From positions 813-64,812 of the forward strand of contig JAFMMH010000002.1 of NCBI GenBank assembly GCA_017851655.1: a DNA stretch of 64,000 bases. The letters are read 5' to 3'. The notes below the pieces were generated by a model, which worked only from the letters and a program-made list of their open reading frames with translations, was not told the DNA's origin and ran no database searches. Positions 47,566 to 58,432 of the stretch are shown here, in pieces. The translations under genes were made by a program, and so were the position numbers. Within the stretch, counting starts at the first letter, position 1. Every line of letters begins with the position of its first letter. Source of the DNA: Flavobacteriaceae bacterium (lineage in GTDB: Bacteria > Bacteroidota > Bacteroidia > Flavobacteriales > Flavobacteriaceae).

Positions 47566-48342
47566 GGTTAATTTTATTTCTTTTGGAACAGCAAACTGTC
47601 TTAAATAAAGCGTTTTGCCCATTTGAGCACGCTCTTTTTTGATTCTAGCTACAACTTCAGAAGGATACTGACTCTTATGACATAATAAGGCTTGATAAGC
47701 CTTGTCGTAATGAGATTCTGTAAATGAAATTTGAGTATTCAAATAAGACCGTTCTTGGCCTCTTAAAGTTTTAGCTCTTGCAGTATCTAGAAAATCTTTT
47801 GGAACACCAAAATAAAATAAATCCATTGGCTTATTCCATTTTTGAGATACAAAAACTTGAGTAACAGAAGCCCCTACTAATCGGTGATCCATATGAGAAG
47901 TTGCTCCATCAGGTCCCCAAGTGATTATTGCATCAGGAGAAACCTGATCAATAATTTCTTTCAGCTCTAGAATTAAACTTTGAACATGAGGTATATGACC
48001 GTCAAACCCCTCGGCTGATTTTAATTGATCGTGATAGTCTAAATGAATTAACTTCACTCCCAATACCTGTGCTGCACATTCCATTTCCCCTCTTCGAATT
48101 GCTGCAAGTCCATCACCAGCTTCATAATCTGTATATTCGTTTACTCCTAATCGACCATCTGTAGCAATAACTAAGGTTACCTCAACACCTTCTTCAACAG
48201 CTTTCACTAAAATAGGAGCTACAGACTGTTCGTCATCGGGATGAGCAAAAATTGCTAATAGTTTTTTAGGAGATTCTTGTGCAGCAGCTACAGCACATAC
48301 AAAACAGCTGTAAATAAGTATAAAAGCTTTTATTTTTTTCAT
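47557..48342 (-). CDS. PIG-L/LmbE family deacetylase, secreted
   Basis: Signal peptide. AHPDDE motif (AIFAHPDDEQ). HMDH block. Confidence 0.85.
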   Translation of the reverse strand: MKKIKAFILIYSCFVCAVAAAQESPKKLLAIFAHPDDEQSVAPILVKAVEEGVEVTLVIATDGRLGVNEYTDYEAGDGLAAIRRGEMECAAQVLGVKLIHLDYHDQLKSAEGFDGHIPHVQSLILELKEIIDQVSPDAIITWGPDGATSHMDHRLVGASVTQVFVSQKWNKPMDLFYFGVPKDFLDTARAKTLRGQERSYLNTQISFTESHYDKAYQALLCHKSQYPSEVVARIKKERAQMGKTLYLRQFAVPKEIKLTLF

Positions 48343-48402
48343 TCTAATTTGTGTATTTAAATGGTATATTAGATTTAAACTGAACTGTTAAAGTACAAAA
48401 TT

Positions 48403-49542
48403 ATGCGACGAAAACACCACACATATAGTCATACACTAGTCCTTTGTATCCTTCTTTTAAGCTTGACCAAAGCTTTTTCAATTTCATCAAAATCTAAAGT
48501 AATAGAAAATGAAGACCCATTGCGGCTTGCTATCATTGGATTAGTTCACGATCATGTGCATTGGATTTTTAATCGTAATAAAGAAGATGTTGTTGTTGTA
48601 GGTATTGTTGAAACCAATAAAAAAGCGATTGCAAAATATCAAAACCGTTATGCCCTTCCAGATTCTCTTTTCTTTGATAGTTATGAAAGCATGTACAGAA
48701 AAGTAAAACCAGAGGCAGTATCAGCTTTCAATCAGACCAATAAACACTTAGAGGTAGTTGAATTTTTTGCCCCTCTCAGAATCCCTATAATGGTGGAGAA
48801 GCCGCTAGCAGCCTCCTATGAAGAGGCAAAAAAGATTGAAGCTTTACATAAAAAATACCAAACCCCAGTCATAGTAAATTATGAGACTTCCTGGTATGAA
48901 AGTACCTATGAAACCAAAAAAATGGTAGATAATAATAAGCTTGGAGGCTTAACGAAAATGGTTTTTAACACCGGTCATCCCGGTCCCCAAGAAATTGGAT
49001 GTTCTCCTGAGTTTTTAGAATGGCTTACAGACCCTGTTCAAAATGGAGGTGGCGCTTTAACAGATTTTGGTTGTTATGGTGCCAATATTGCTACCTGGTT
49101 TTTAAATGGAGAAACTCCTTTACGCATTAGTAGTGTTATCAAGCAAACCAAACCTGAGCGATATCCCAAAGTTGATGACGACACCACAATCATTTTGGAA
49201 TATGCTGATCAACAGGTAGTTATTCAAGCTTCATGGAATTGGTCACACAATAGAAAGGATATGCAAGTGTATGGTTCACATGGATATATTGATGCTAAAA
49301 ATGGGAATTCAATGTCTATTTTAGAAAAGGAAAGTCAAGGACCATATGATCATACACCACCTGCAATTGAATCAAATCAAAAAGATCCATTTCGACTACT
49401 TCTTGAAGTAACAAAATACGGGAAAACTCTAGATCCTTTTAGTTTGTATACTCTTGAGAATAATCTGATCGTATCTAAAATTTTAACTCTTGCAAAAAAA
49501 GCTGCGGAAACAAAGCAAACTTTGTCTTGGAACGCGTTATAA
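48403..49542 (+). CDS. Gfo/Idh/MocA family oxidoreductase, secreted
   Basis: Signal peptide. RLAIIGLVHDHV Rossmann start. MVEKPLA block. Confidence 0.8.
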   Translation: MRRKHHTYSHTLVLCILLLSLTKAFSISSKSKVIENEDPLRLAIIGLVHDHVHWIFNRNKEDVVVVGIVETNKKAIAKYQNRYALPDSLFFDSYESMYRKVKPEAVSAFNQTNKHLEVVEFFAPLRIPIMVEKPLAASYEEAKKIEALHKKYQTPVIVNYETSWYESTYETKKMVDNNKLGGLTKMVFNTGHPGPQEIGCSPEFLEWLTDPVQNGGGALTDFGCYGANIATWFLNGETPLRISSVIKQTKPERYPKVDDDTTIILEYADQQVVIQASWNWSHNRKDMQVYGSHGYIDAKNGNSMSILEKESQGPYDHTPPAIESNQKDPFRLLLEVTKYGKTLDPFSLYTLENNLIVSKILTLAKKAAETKQTLSWNAL

Positions 49543-49606
49543 AAGTAGAATCAGTTCCATTCCTAAATAAGTACGCTCATTCCCTCATGTTTAGTAAATT
49601 TATAAC

Positions 49607-50098
49607 GTGTCAAAAATTTTAATCATTATGGGGGTAAGTGGAAGTGGAAAAACCACTTTGGGTAAAGCACTCGCCAAAAAATTCAATTACCGTTTTTTAG
49701 AAGGAGATCTTTTTCATTCGGATGCGAATAAAAATAAGATGAAACAAGGAATACCGTTAACAGATACTGACCGTTTACCCTGGTTAAATAAAATTAACCA
49801 CACCCTCCTAAACAGTCTAGACAAAGAAGTTGTTGTGGCCTGTTCTGCTTTAAAAAAGGAATACAGAGCAATTCTAAGTTCTAATCTCCCTAAAGACACT
49901 CTTCTATGGGTCTATTTAAATGCCGAATACACCGTTTTAAAAAAGCGAATGGAGAATCGTAGTCATTTTATGCCTGTAAGTCTTCTGGAAAGTCAACTAG
50001 AGCTTTTAGAGCCTCCAAAAGGTGCAATCGCCCTTAATAGTTCACATTCAGTTGAGCAAATGATAGAGCAACTAAAAACATATCTAAATGACAAATAA
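49607..50098 (+). CDS. gntK: gluconokinase
   Basis: P-loop GVSGSGKTTLG. GDLFHS. ACSALKKEYR. GTG start. Confidence 0.85.
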   Translation: MSKILIIMGVSGSGKTTLGKALAKKFNYRFLEGDLFHSDANKNKMKQGIPLTDTDRLPWLNKINHTLLNSLDKEVVVACSALKKEYRAILSSNLPKDTLLWVYLNAEYTVLKKRMENRSHFMPVSLLESQLELLEPPKGAIALNSSHSVEQMIEQLKTYLNDK

Positions 50099-51488
50099 AG
50101 TGCAATGGGGTATAGTAGGCATGGGTGTAATGGGAACCAGCCTCAGCAGGAATTTTGCTGGAAAGGGTATTCAGCTGGCTTTATTTAATCGTCGTTTAGA
50201 AGGAATCGAAGAGGATGTAGCTTTAACAAAAAAACACCACTATCCAGAATTGCATCAAGCACAAGCATACGAAGATTTAGTACAATTTACTGCGGCTTTA
50301 GAATCCCCTAGAAAAATCCTGCTCATGCTTCCAGCAGGCAAACCAACAAGTCTTATTTTAGACCAACTTACACCACTACTTTCAGAGGGTGATATTGTAA
50401 TTGACGGAGGAAACACTCATTATCAAGAAACAGAAAATCGCGCTTCTAAGCTCTCCAAAAAAGGAATTTTATTTTTGGGAATTGGTGTTTCAGGAGGGGA
50501 AGCGGGCGCTTTAAAAGGTCCTTCACTCATGGCTGGAGGAGATCAAAAGGCGTATGAAATCGTCAAAAAAGACTTGTTTCAAATTGCTGCAAAAAACAGC
50601 AAAGGAAATCCATGTTGTGCCTATTTTGGATCAGGAGGTGCCGGTCATTATGTTAAAATGGTACATAACGGAATTGAATATGCTGAGATGCAATTACTAG
50701 CTGAGGTATATGCACTGAGTCATCACAGCAAGATTCAACCCACACTAGAGGAATGGAATAGTACGGCAAGTAAAAGTTACCTTTTAGAAATTACTGCTGC
50801 ACTTTTAGCATATCAGGAAGATAACATGCCATTTATCGAAAAAATTGAAGACCAAGCGTCTAACAAAGGTACTGGTGCTTGGGCTACTGCAGCAGGTACA
50901 ACTTTAGGTTATCCCAATAACCTGATGTCCAGTGCACTTCATGCGCGCTATATTTCCTCTTTTAAAGAAGATAGAATTCAGTTTGCCAAACAATTCAATT
51001 CCGAGTTGTCAAAAACTAAAATCAGTTTCTCTGAACTCAAAAAAAGTTACGATTTATCACGATGGATTAATCATCATCAAGGGTTTGAAATGCTTGATTT
51101 AGCTGCCAAAGAATATAACTGGAAGCTTAATTTAAGTGAAGTAGCTTCGGTATGGGCAGAGGGCTGTATTATAAAATCCGAACTTATGGATTTTTGTATC
51201 ACACTCTTTAAAAAGGAAAAATCTATTCTGTTAAGTGAAGACTTTAAAAAACTATTAGAAGAGGGAAAAGATGCATGGAAAAATACAATTCTACAGACCG
51301 TAGAAAATGAAATTCCTGTACTTTCTATGCAGGCAGCGTGGTCTTATTTTGTCGCAATGAAAACAAAAAAAAGTACTGCTAATATCATCCAAGCACAACG
51401 AGACTATTTCGGAGCTCATGGATTTAACCGTACGGATCAAGAAAATAGTGAACTACTACACGGGCCTTGGAACAAAGATAAGCTCTAG
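50088..51488 (+). CDS. gnd: 6-phosphogluconate dehydrogenase (decarboxylating)
   Basis: GIVGMGVMG, GVSGGEAGALKGPSLMAGG, and GAGHYVKMVHNGIEYAEMQ blocks. Confidence 0.9.
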   Translation: MTNKVQWGIVGMGVMGTSLSRNFAGKGIQLALFNRRLEGIEEDVALTKKHHYPELHQAQAYEDLVQFTAALESPRKILLMLPAGKPTSLILDQLTPLLSEGDIVIDGGNTHYQETENRASKLSKKGILFLGIGVSGGEAGALKGPSLMAGGDQKAYEIVKKDLFQIAAKNSKGNPCCAYFGSGGAGHYVKMVHNGIEYAEMQLLAEVYALSHHSKIQPTLEEWNSTASKSYLLEITAALLAYQEDNMPFIEKIEDQASNKGTGAWATAAGTTLGYPNNLMSSALHARYISSFKEDRIQFAKQFNSELSKTKISFSELKKSYDLSRWINHHQGFEMLDLAAKEYNWKLNLSEVASVWAEGCIIKSELMDFCITLFKKEKSILLSEDFKKLLEEGKDAWKNTILQTVENEIPVLSMQAAWSYFVAMKTKKSTANIIQAQRDYFGAHGFNRTDQENSELLHGPWNKDKL

Positions 51489-52903
51489 TCTATCCTTCCT
51501 ACAGGGCGAACTTCAGACCCTTTAATTCCCGTAAGACGATCTCCTAAAACTCCTCTTACTGAGTCGGCAATTTTTGAGATTTTAGCAACCCACTCCGGAT
51601 GTGCATCTGCGATATTTTCTTTTTCTTGAGGATCTGAATCTAAATTATACAATTCCGCTTTTTTAATTTCATTCATCTCATAGGGAATAGGGAAACCATC
51701 ACTAGTTCCTTGTTTCCCGTTTAAACTCCTATAGGTATGGGGAACATATAATTTCCATTCCTTATGTCTTACTGCATGCAATTCATTTGTACGGTAATAA
51801 AAGAAGAAATTAGTATGAGGCGATTGGATACTCGATCCCTTCAATAAGGGCACTAATGAAGCACCATCAATTTTTTTCTCTGGTAATTGGCTCTGAGTAA
51901 ACTCTGCAAGAGTAGGTAACCAGTCAATTCCCATAGCAGGTGCATCAATTCGAGTATTGGGTTTTATTTCCTTTGGGTAACGTACAATTCCTGGAACACG
52001 GTGCCCCCCTTCCCAATTGGTCCCTTTTCCTTCTCTAAAAATTCCTGAAGACCCAGAATGACCCCCATAGGAAAGCCAAGGACCATTGTCAGAAGTAAAG
52101 ACAACAATCGTGTTGTCATCCAAACCTTCTTCTTTAAGTGTTTTTAAAATCCTACCAACAGAATGATCTATTTCATGAATCACATCTCCATACAACCCTC
52201 TATCCTGAGTTTTTTGAAATATTTCTGCTGCAAATAATGGGACATGCGGTTGGGGGTGAGGTAGATAAACAAAAAAAGGCGCCTCTTTATTCTTTTTAAT
52301 AAAGGCGATTGCTTTTTCTGTAAGCGCATTTGTTAAAAAAGTTTGATCCTCCAAAACGCGAAGGGGCGTTTCATTCTCATAAAGAAAAATATCTGGAAAA
52401 TTAAATACCGTACCCTGTTGTGGATGCTTAGGCCACATATCATTTGAATAAAGGATGCCGTAAAACTCATCAAAACCGTGATTACGAGGTAAAAATTTTG
52501 GGGCATCCCCTAAATGCCATTTGCCAAAAATCCCTGTCTTATAACCCCGTTCTTTGAGCAGCTCGGCTAAGGTAGTTTCGTCTGGATTAAGCCCCACTTT
52601 AGAACCAGGACTATAGGCATTGTGAATTCCTATCCTATCTGGATAACAGCCTGTAAGTATAGAAGCACGAGATGCAGAACATACTGGCTGTGTAGCATAA
52701 TACGATGTAAATAGGGCTCCTTCGGAAGCCATCTGATCCAGGTGAGGTGTACTGATGTCTGATGCTCCATACGCCCCTAGATCGCCATAACCTTGATCAT
52801 CAGTTAATATAAAAACGATATTCGGAGGGTGCTCTTCTTTAGGCTGATTACAATTCAGTAGAAGAAGTGCTCCAAACAGAAGTAAAAAGGGTTTCATGAC
52901 CAA
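51485..52903 (-). CDS. formylglycine-dependent sulfatase
   Basis: NIVFILTDDQGYGD and CSASRASILTG (C-x-A-x-R) motifs. Signal peptide. Confidence 0.9.
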   Translation of the reverse strand: MVMKPFLLLFGALLLLNCNQPKEEHPPNIVFILTDDQGYGDLGAYGASDISTPHLDQMASEGALFTSYYATQPVCSASRASILTGCYPDRIGIHNAYSPGSKVGLNPDETTLAELLKERGYKTGIFGKWHLGDAPKFLPRNHGFDEFYGILYSNDMWPKHPQQGTVFNFPDIFLYENETPLRVLEDQTFLTNALTEKAIAFIKKNKEAPFFVYLPHPQPHVPLFAAEIFQKTQDRGLYGDVIHEIDHSVGRILKTLKEEGLDDNTIVVFTSDNGPWLSYGGHSGSSGIFREGKGTNWEGGHRVPGIVRYPKEIKPNTRIDAPAMGIDWLPTLAEFTQSQLPEKKIDGASLVPLLKGSSIQSPHTNFFFYYRTNELHAVRHKEWKLYVPHTYRSLNGKQGTSDGFPIPYEMNEIKKAELYNLDSDPQEKENIADAHPEWVAKISKIADSVRGVLGDRLTGIKGSEVRPVGRID

Positions 52904-52908
52904 TAAAT

Positions 52909-55455
52909 TTACTTAACCTCCTTTAAAGCATTTTGAATAAGTGTGCTTAAATGGGTCTTGTGTGCTATGGAACTAATGGTTCCTTTCGGTTTTTTTACCC
53001 AACCTTGAATTTCATTTAAATTGTAAAGTGCTAAAGATTGGGAAAGGTTGTCGAATCTAGAAGCTGAACTCCCTGAAACCATATCTATCAGTCTTTTAAC
53101 ATAAATCAATTGTAAATTTTGACGGAATGAATTTACATTCTCATTGATATCCGCAGAGAACATTGCTTTATTCATGTCAGTCATGAACTGATCTAATTTG
53201 TATTGGTTACCATATAATTCAGAATCAGAAATTCTTTGTAACGTATTGGGATGAAGCAAATGCGCTAATACTCGGGATTGATAGCCCAATACGATATCAT
53301 GAATTTTGGGATCTTCAGGATTTGAGAAAAAATCAAAGCCTCTTCTTCTCTTTGCTAAATAACTGTATACTTCTTTTGGTGTTTGAAAAGCACTAGGTGA
53401 AAAAATATAATTTTCTAAAGCCTTAAAAGCTCTTTTTTGATCACGAAGAGAGACGGGGGTATAAGGTTGTTTTGAATTTGCTTGACCAAAAGTAGATCGC
53501 TCCACATAAACTCCACCAATGAATCTTGAAAGGATATCTCCTGCTCTTGCGGACTGGCTGTTAAGTAGGTAAAATGAACGCCTTAAATCGTCGTAAAAAT
53601 CCCCTTCAATACTGAATTGTGTTTTAATGTTTTTCTTCAAAGTATTCACCAACTTGATCCGATCTATTGAATACTGAATCTGATCCGATGAAAGATCGCC
53701 GGTCATGACACGCGGGTCAATGCCCTTTCCAGGAGAACGCATATCATCTGCATCATTTCCGAAAATCAGTTCTTTTTCTGTAGAACGCTCAAGTAATTTA
53801 AGACGTTCAGATTCATTTTCAAAAGGTTGATACCCGAATTGGATTGCCCAAATATCATAGGGTCCAACGGCCATATCAGCATATTGCCCTTGTTTTTCTC
53901 TATCTGGGTTGATGTTAAGTCCCGCATAATCCATTACCGAACCAGTCAGTGCTTTTCCGTCTATAAGTTCAGCATTGTATAACTCTTCTGGACTAAAAAG
54001 TTGACTTGCTTTCATGTTATGATTCAACCCTAATGTATGTCCTACCTCGTGCATAATTAAGGACTTCATTCCCTCTTTTCTGATTTTTTCCATTTCATAG
54101 TCTGGAGCATTCATCATTTGCAAAAAAGTTGCTCCAAAAAGTAGATTCTCGTGCATCACATTTCCCATTGAGCAATATAAAGGTGCTTCCAATACCATTT
54201 GTTTTAATTGGATTTCTTCCTCTGATTCAAGACGCATCATGGCATCAGCATCAACAAAAAGTTTATCATAAAAAACACGGTTAGTAAAGTGTACAAATTC
54301 TAGCATGATATCTGCCCCTATAATTTCTCCTGTTTTAGGATTGGTCATACTGGGTCCATATCCACCAAAAGGAGGTTGTGGTGAAGATGTCCAACGAAGG
54401 ACGTTATAGCGGATATCTCCTGCATCCCAATCTGCATCATCAGGTTGAATTTTTACCTCAACTGCATTCTTAAAACCAGCTTTTTCAAAGGCTTCATTCC
54501 AAGCTAAAACACCTTCTTTAATAGTTTCTCGCCATTCGAGTGGTGTAGAATTTTCAATCCACCAAGTGATGGGCTTTACGGGTTCAGAAATTGCTTGATC
54601 CGGATTTTTCTTGATCAACTTCCAACGTTGAATCATATCGCGATAATTTGTAGTCGTAGTCGTAGTCTGGTCATTTACTTGGGTTAAAAAATATCCTACA
54701 CGAGGATCGTCCATTCTAATTTCATAATCCTCTTTAGGCATCTTTAAGAAACTATGAAACACTTTTATAGAGACATTTCTTCCATCCGTAACCGCCTCAG
54801 AGCCTGAATTTCTTACAGTTGGATTTTTAAACACATAATTTGTTTTAATATTGGTGTTTTCTGGATAATTTTTAATTTCCTCGATTTTAGATTTAGCCTT
54901 ATCAAAAGATCCTAAGCTAAACGCATTGGATGAAGCCTTGGGATCTTTGGGTTGCTTTACACGAGTTAATGTTTCTGATAAAAAAAGATCATTGGCATTG
55001 ATTAAGTAAATCCCATTTTCCTTATCGTGAGCAAGTATTTTGCTGCTTGCAATTAAGGCTTCTGAAGTATTTGCTTCCTTAGATTTTGAAAGTGGATTAG
55101 AAGGATCAAAATAAAAGCTGGTGTTAGGTGCTACAATTTCGATCTTGTCAAAATATTTTTTTATTTCAAATAGGGTAGAGCCTCTATAAGAACCCCTAAA
55201 GCTTCCAGCCTCAAGTATTCCATCAGCAATTTGTGAAAAATAAATAAACTCGCTTTGGAGTTGTTCTTCTTTCACTGTCATCTTTACCTCTGCTGTAATT
55301 GTATCTTGATAGATGGTAAAAAGACCCTCAATTTTTTTACTGGAAGTGGTTAATTCCTCAATTGTTTTTTCCTTTTTTTCATCCTTTTTTTCATCCTTTT
55401 GAGCAAAGCTAATGGCAAAGACAAAAAGGGCTAAAACAGCTATTTTAAATTTCAT
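52909..55455 (-). CDS. large secreted zinc metalloprotease
   Basis: HEVGHTLGLNHN zincin motif. Signal peptide. 848 aa. Architecture resembles Bacteroidota DUF5117/DUF4953-type proteases (from memory). Confidence 0.8.
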   Translation of the reverse strand: MKFKIAVLALFVFAISFAQKDEKKDEKKEKTIEELTTSSKKIEGLFTIYQDTITAEVKMTVKEEQLQSEFIYFSQIADGILEAGSFRGSYRGSTLFEIKKYFDKIEIVAPNTSFYFDPSNPLSKSKEANTSEALIASSKILAHDKENGIYLINANDLFLSETLTRVKQPKDPKASSNAFSLGSFDKAKSKIEEIKNYPENTNIKTNYVFKNPTVRNSGSEAVTDGRNVSIKVFHSFLKMPKEDYEIRMDDPRVGYFLTQVNDQTTTTTTNYRDMIQRWKLIKKNPDQAISEPVKPITWWIENSTPLEWRETIKEGVLAWNEAFEKAGFKNAVEVKIQPDDADWDAGDIRYNVLRWTSSPQPPFGGYGPSMTNPKTGEIIGADIMLEFVHFTNRVFYDKLFVDADAMMRLESEEEIQLKQMVLEAPLYCSMGNVMHENLLFGATFLQMMNAPDYEMEKIRKEGMKSLIMHEVGHTLGLNHNMKASQLFSPEELYNAELIDGKALTGSVMDYAGLNINPDREKQGQYADMAVGPYDIWAIQFGYQPFENESERLKLLERSTEKELIFGNDADDMRSPGKGIDPRVMTGDLSSDQIQYSIDRIKLVNTLKKNIKTQFSIEGDFYDDLRRSFYLLNSQSARAGDILSRFIGGVYVERSTFGQANSKQPYTPVSLRDQKRAFKALENYIFSPSAFQTPKEVYSYLAKRRRGFDFFSNPEDPKIHDIVLGYQSRVLAHLLHPNTLQRISDSELYGNQYKLDQFMTDMNKAMFSADINENVNSFRQNLQLIYVKRLIDMVSGSSASRFDNLSQSLALYNLNEIQGWVKKPKGTISSIAHKTHLSTLIQNALKEVK

Positions 55456-55630
55456 AATCTATAGTTTGAATCGATAGTTTTTACCAATCATATAAAATAC
55501 AGAATGATAATCCTTAGATGAAGGGTTTTCAATGATTGAATTATGATTTTACAGTGGTAATTTTAAATTTGTTTTTTTAAAAATACAAAAACTCAAATAA
55601 CATTTGAACATTTGTAGCTATTTATGACAT

Positions 55631-56758
55631 TTAATCGAAAAGCAAACGTGCAGTAGCCTCTCCTATCTTACTTCCAATTGCGATTCCCATACCTCCCAAA
55701 CGAATCCCAAGTGCTACATTATCTCCTTCTTTTTTAACAATCGGCATTTTACTTTTCCCAAATCCCATAATCCCAGACCATTCCATTTCGATCTCAAATG
55801 GTTGTTCTGGAAGTATAAAACTTCTGAGATCAGCGACTAATTTTTCTTTTATTATTGGATTAATCCCAAAAGTGGCAGTGGTTTCAGTCTTAAAATCCAA
55901 CGCTCTCCCCCCTCCTAGAAGAATTCTGTTTTCGATGTTTCGGAAATAATAGTATCCTGCGTTGTAATTAAACGTTCCTTTTAATTTTAAGTTATCAATA
56001 GGGTTTGTCAAAAGAACCATTCCCCTTCCTGGATTCATATCGATATGGGGCAAAATATTCAGTGAAAAAGCATTGGTGCAAATTGCTAATTTGCGTGTTT
56101 TAAATCTGAGGGTTTGCCCTTTAATTTGAATTTCTAGCAGATTCCCTTGATTGTTTTTAGAGAAACCACTGACTTCTGTCTGTGTGAAAAAAAATATATT
56201 CCCTCTATTGACTTTATCCCTCAACGCGTTCATCATTTTCCCTGTATGAATTTGTCCTTCGAAAGGGTTTTCGATCAAATGCTTGATTTGATTTTTTTCA
56301 AATCCAAAAGTTTCAATTTTAGAATTATTTAAACTGAATATATTTTTATTGAATATTGGGGATAATAAACTGTTGAGTTCATCCATTTTTTCAAATTCCA
56401 CAGGGGTGTCTTCAAAAAAAAGTTCATGCCCTCCAAAGGGACGATAATCCATTAACTCATCTCCCAGTGTTTCTCTTAAAAGATTCAGTCCATTCAAACG
56501 TAATTGAAGTAAATCAATCATTGCAGCGTCCTCCATGCTTTTTCTGTCCTCTAACAATTCCGTGAGGGTTCCAAAGCATGCAAAACCTGCATTTTTGGTA
56601 CTTGCGCCTGATGGAAAAAGTCCACGTTCTAAAATAGCAATCCGGGCATTAGGATATTTGTTTCGATAAGTTAAAGCACAAAACATTCCGGTGATTCCAC
56701 CTCCCAGAACAAGAAGATCATAATCGAGCATTTCGGATTTTTCCCAATAGCTTAGCAT
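55631..56758 (-). CDS. FAD-dependent oxidoreductase (DAO family)
   Basis: YDLLVLGGGITGM dinucleotide-binding N-terminus. 375 aa. Confidence 0.8.
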   Translation of the reverse strand: MLSYWEKSEMLDYDLLVLGGGITGMFCALTYRNKYPNARIAILERGLFPSGASTKNAGFACFGTLTELLEDRKSMEDAAMIDLLQLRLNGLNLLRETLGDELMDYRPFGGHELFFEDTPVEFEKMDELNSLLSPIFNKNIFSLNNSKIETFGFEKNQIKHLIENPFEGQIHTGKMMNALRDKVNRGNIFFFTQTEVSGFSKNNQGNLLEIQIKGQTLRFKTRKLAICTNAFSLNILPHIDMNPGRGMVLLTNPIDNLKLKGTFNYNAGYYYFRNIENRILLGGGRALDFKTETTATFGINPIIKEKLVADLRSFILPEQPFEIEMEWSGIMGFGKSKMPIVKKEGDNVALGIRLGGMGIAIGSKIGEATARLLFD

Positions 56759-56762
56759 TCTA

Positions 56763-57104
56763 TTACAAACTGAAAATTTGTTCCATCAAAACCCATTTTT
56801 CGCCTTTTTTGGCAAAGGGTAGTGCTTGCTGATAATTAGACATTAATGCTTCCCATTCTTGCACCTTCGGATCAGTTGCATCTTTTTGTTGTTTTGCTTT
56901 TAATGTAAATTCAGCACTGGTTTCCATGATCATAAACAAGCGGTTGGAGACCAAATAAATTTCTAAAACTTCAACCCCTGTGGACTTAATTTGTTCAAGG
57001 ATTTCAGGCCATACATTTTTATGATACAATCTATAGGACTCTATCGCTTCTTTGTCATCTTTTAAGTCAAGTGTGAAACAAAATTTTTTTCGGTGATCTT
57101 TCAT
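56763..57104 (-). CDS. L-rhamnose mutarotase family (DUF718) sugar mutarotase
   Basis: 113 aa. KFCFTLDLKDD...YRLYHKNVWPEI pattern of RhaM-like proteins. Confidence 0.75.
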   Translation of the reverse strand: MKDHRKKFCFTLDLKDDKEAIESYRLYHKNVWPEILEQIKSTGVEVLEIYLVSNRLFMIMETSAEFTLKAKQQKDATDPKVQEWEALMSNYQQALPFAKKGEKWVLMEQIFSL

Positions 57105-57105
57105 T

Positions 57106-58422
57106 TTAATTTTGAGTTTTCAGATTTCTATAGCCAAATAGTGCTACAACTAAAAAACAAACTAAAGGAAGAGCAAAGGAAAAATTAACTTCAGAGACCC
57201 CTAAAATCTGAACATCACTATAACCCTGCCCTCCAATATCTAAAATCATCCCTTGTAAAATTGGCATAAACGCTCCTCCTACAATCGCCATGACTAAAAA
57301 TGCGGATGCGGGTTTGGCATCTTCACCCAACCCTTTTAGTGCAATTCCATAAATAGTAGGGAACATTAGCGACATACAAAAAGAAGTTAAAACTAATGCA
57401 TATAATCCTCCAATCCCTTCAATAAAAATAGTCCCTAAACAACAGCAAATTGCCAAAATACTCAAGTACATCAACAGTTTTCCCGCGGGGATAAACTTCA
57501 ATAAATAGGCACATAAAAAACGTCCAATCAAGAAAATCACAAGAGCTGCGTAAGCATAATTCACTGCATTTTGGTTACTAATTCCAATATTTTCTGCGTA
57601 TTGATAAATATAGGTCCAACACATAATTTGGGCGCCAACATAAAAAAGTTGTGCAATAACACCACCAACAAAATGTTCCTTTGTATAAATTCTTTTGATA
57701 GAGGACCACATACTGGATTCTTGATTTGATTTTTTTTCCTGAGGCATTTTTACAAAAGCGATAATAACCAGTAAAACACAAACAAATAACCCTAATGCCA
57801 CATAAGGATTTCGAATCAATTCAAGGTCTGAAGTTTTCACTGCAGCCTTTGCACTTTCTGATAACGTCTCATAAATTCCATTCCCTTGAGCATCAACATC
57901 ATCAGATTGTAGGGAGCCTAAAATAAACGTTTGGGCTACTAAAAGTCCCATTAGCGCTCCCATTGGATTAAATGCTTGTGCAAGATTGAGCCGTTGTGTT
58001 GCAGTCGCATCATCACCCATAGAAAGAATAAAAGGATTCGAAGTTGTTTCTAAAAATGCCAATCCGAAAGTAAGGATATATAAAGCTGCTAAAAAAAAGG
58101 CGTAATTTTCCAGTGCTGCTGCGGGTAGAAACAATAATGCTCCTAAGGCATATAATCCAAGGCCTATTAAAATGCCCGTTTTATAGGAATATTTTTTAAC
58201 AACAAATGCAGCAGGCAAGGCCATTGTAAAATAGCCCCCGTAAAAGGCCGCTTGAACCCATGAAGCTTGGGTGTTATTTAACTCCAATATTTTTTTAAAA
58301 GCAGAAACCATCGGATTGGTGATGTCGTTTGCAAATCCCCAAAGTGCAAATAAGGATGTAATTAAAATGAATGGAATCAACATTTTTTTTGGGACTACCG
58401 CTATTTTTTTATTCAAATTCAT
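57106..58422 (-). CDS. fucP: L-fucose:H+ symporter-type MFS permease
   Basis: 438 aa, 12 TM. N-terminal LFALWGFANDITNPMV block typical of FucP/GlcP-type permeases. Confidence 0.8.
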   Translation of the reverse strand: MNLNKKIAVVPKKMLIPFILITSLFALWGFANDITNPMVSAFKKILELNNTQASWVQAAFYGGYFTMALPAAFVVKKYSYKTGILIGLGLYALGALLFLPAAALENYAFFLAALYILTFGLAFLETTSNPFILSMGDDATATQRLNLAQAFNPMGALMGLLVAQTFILGSLQSDDVDAQGNGIYETLSESAKAAVKTSDLELIRNPYVALGLFVCVLLVIIAFVKMPQEKKSNQESSMWSSIKRIYTKEHFVGGVIAQLFYVGAQIMCWTYIYQYAENIGISNQNAVNYAYAALVIFLIGRFLCAYLLKFIPAGKLLMYLSILAICCCLGTIFIEGIGGLYALVLTSFCMSLMFPTIYGIALKGLGEDAKPASAFLVMAIVGGAFMPILQGMILDIGGQGYSDVQILGVSEVNFSFALPLVCFLVVALFGYRNLKTQN

Positions 58423-58432
58423 AGAGTTATAA

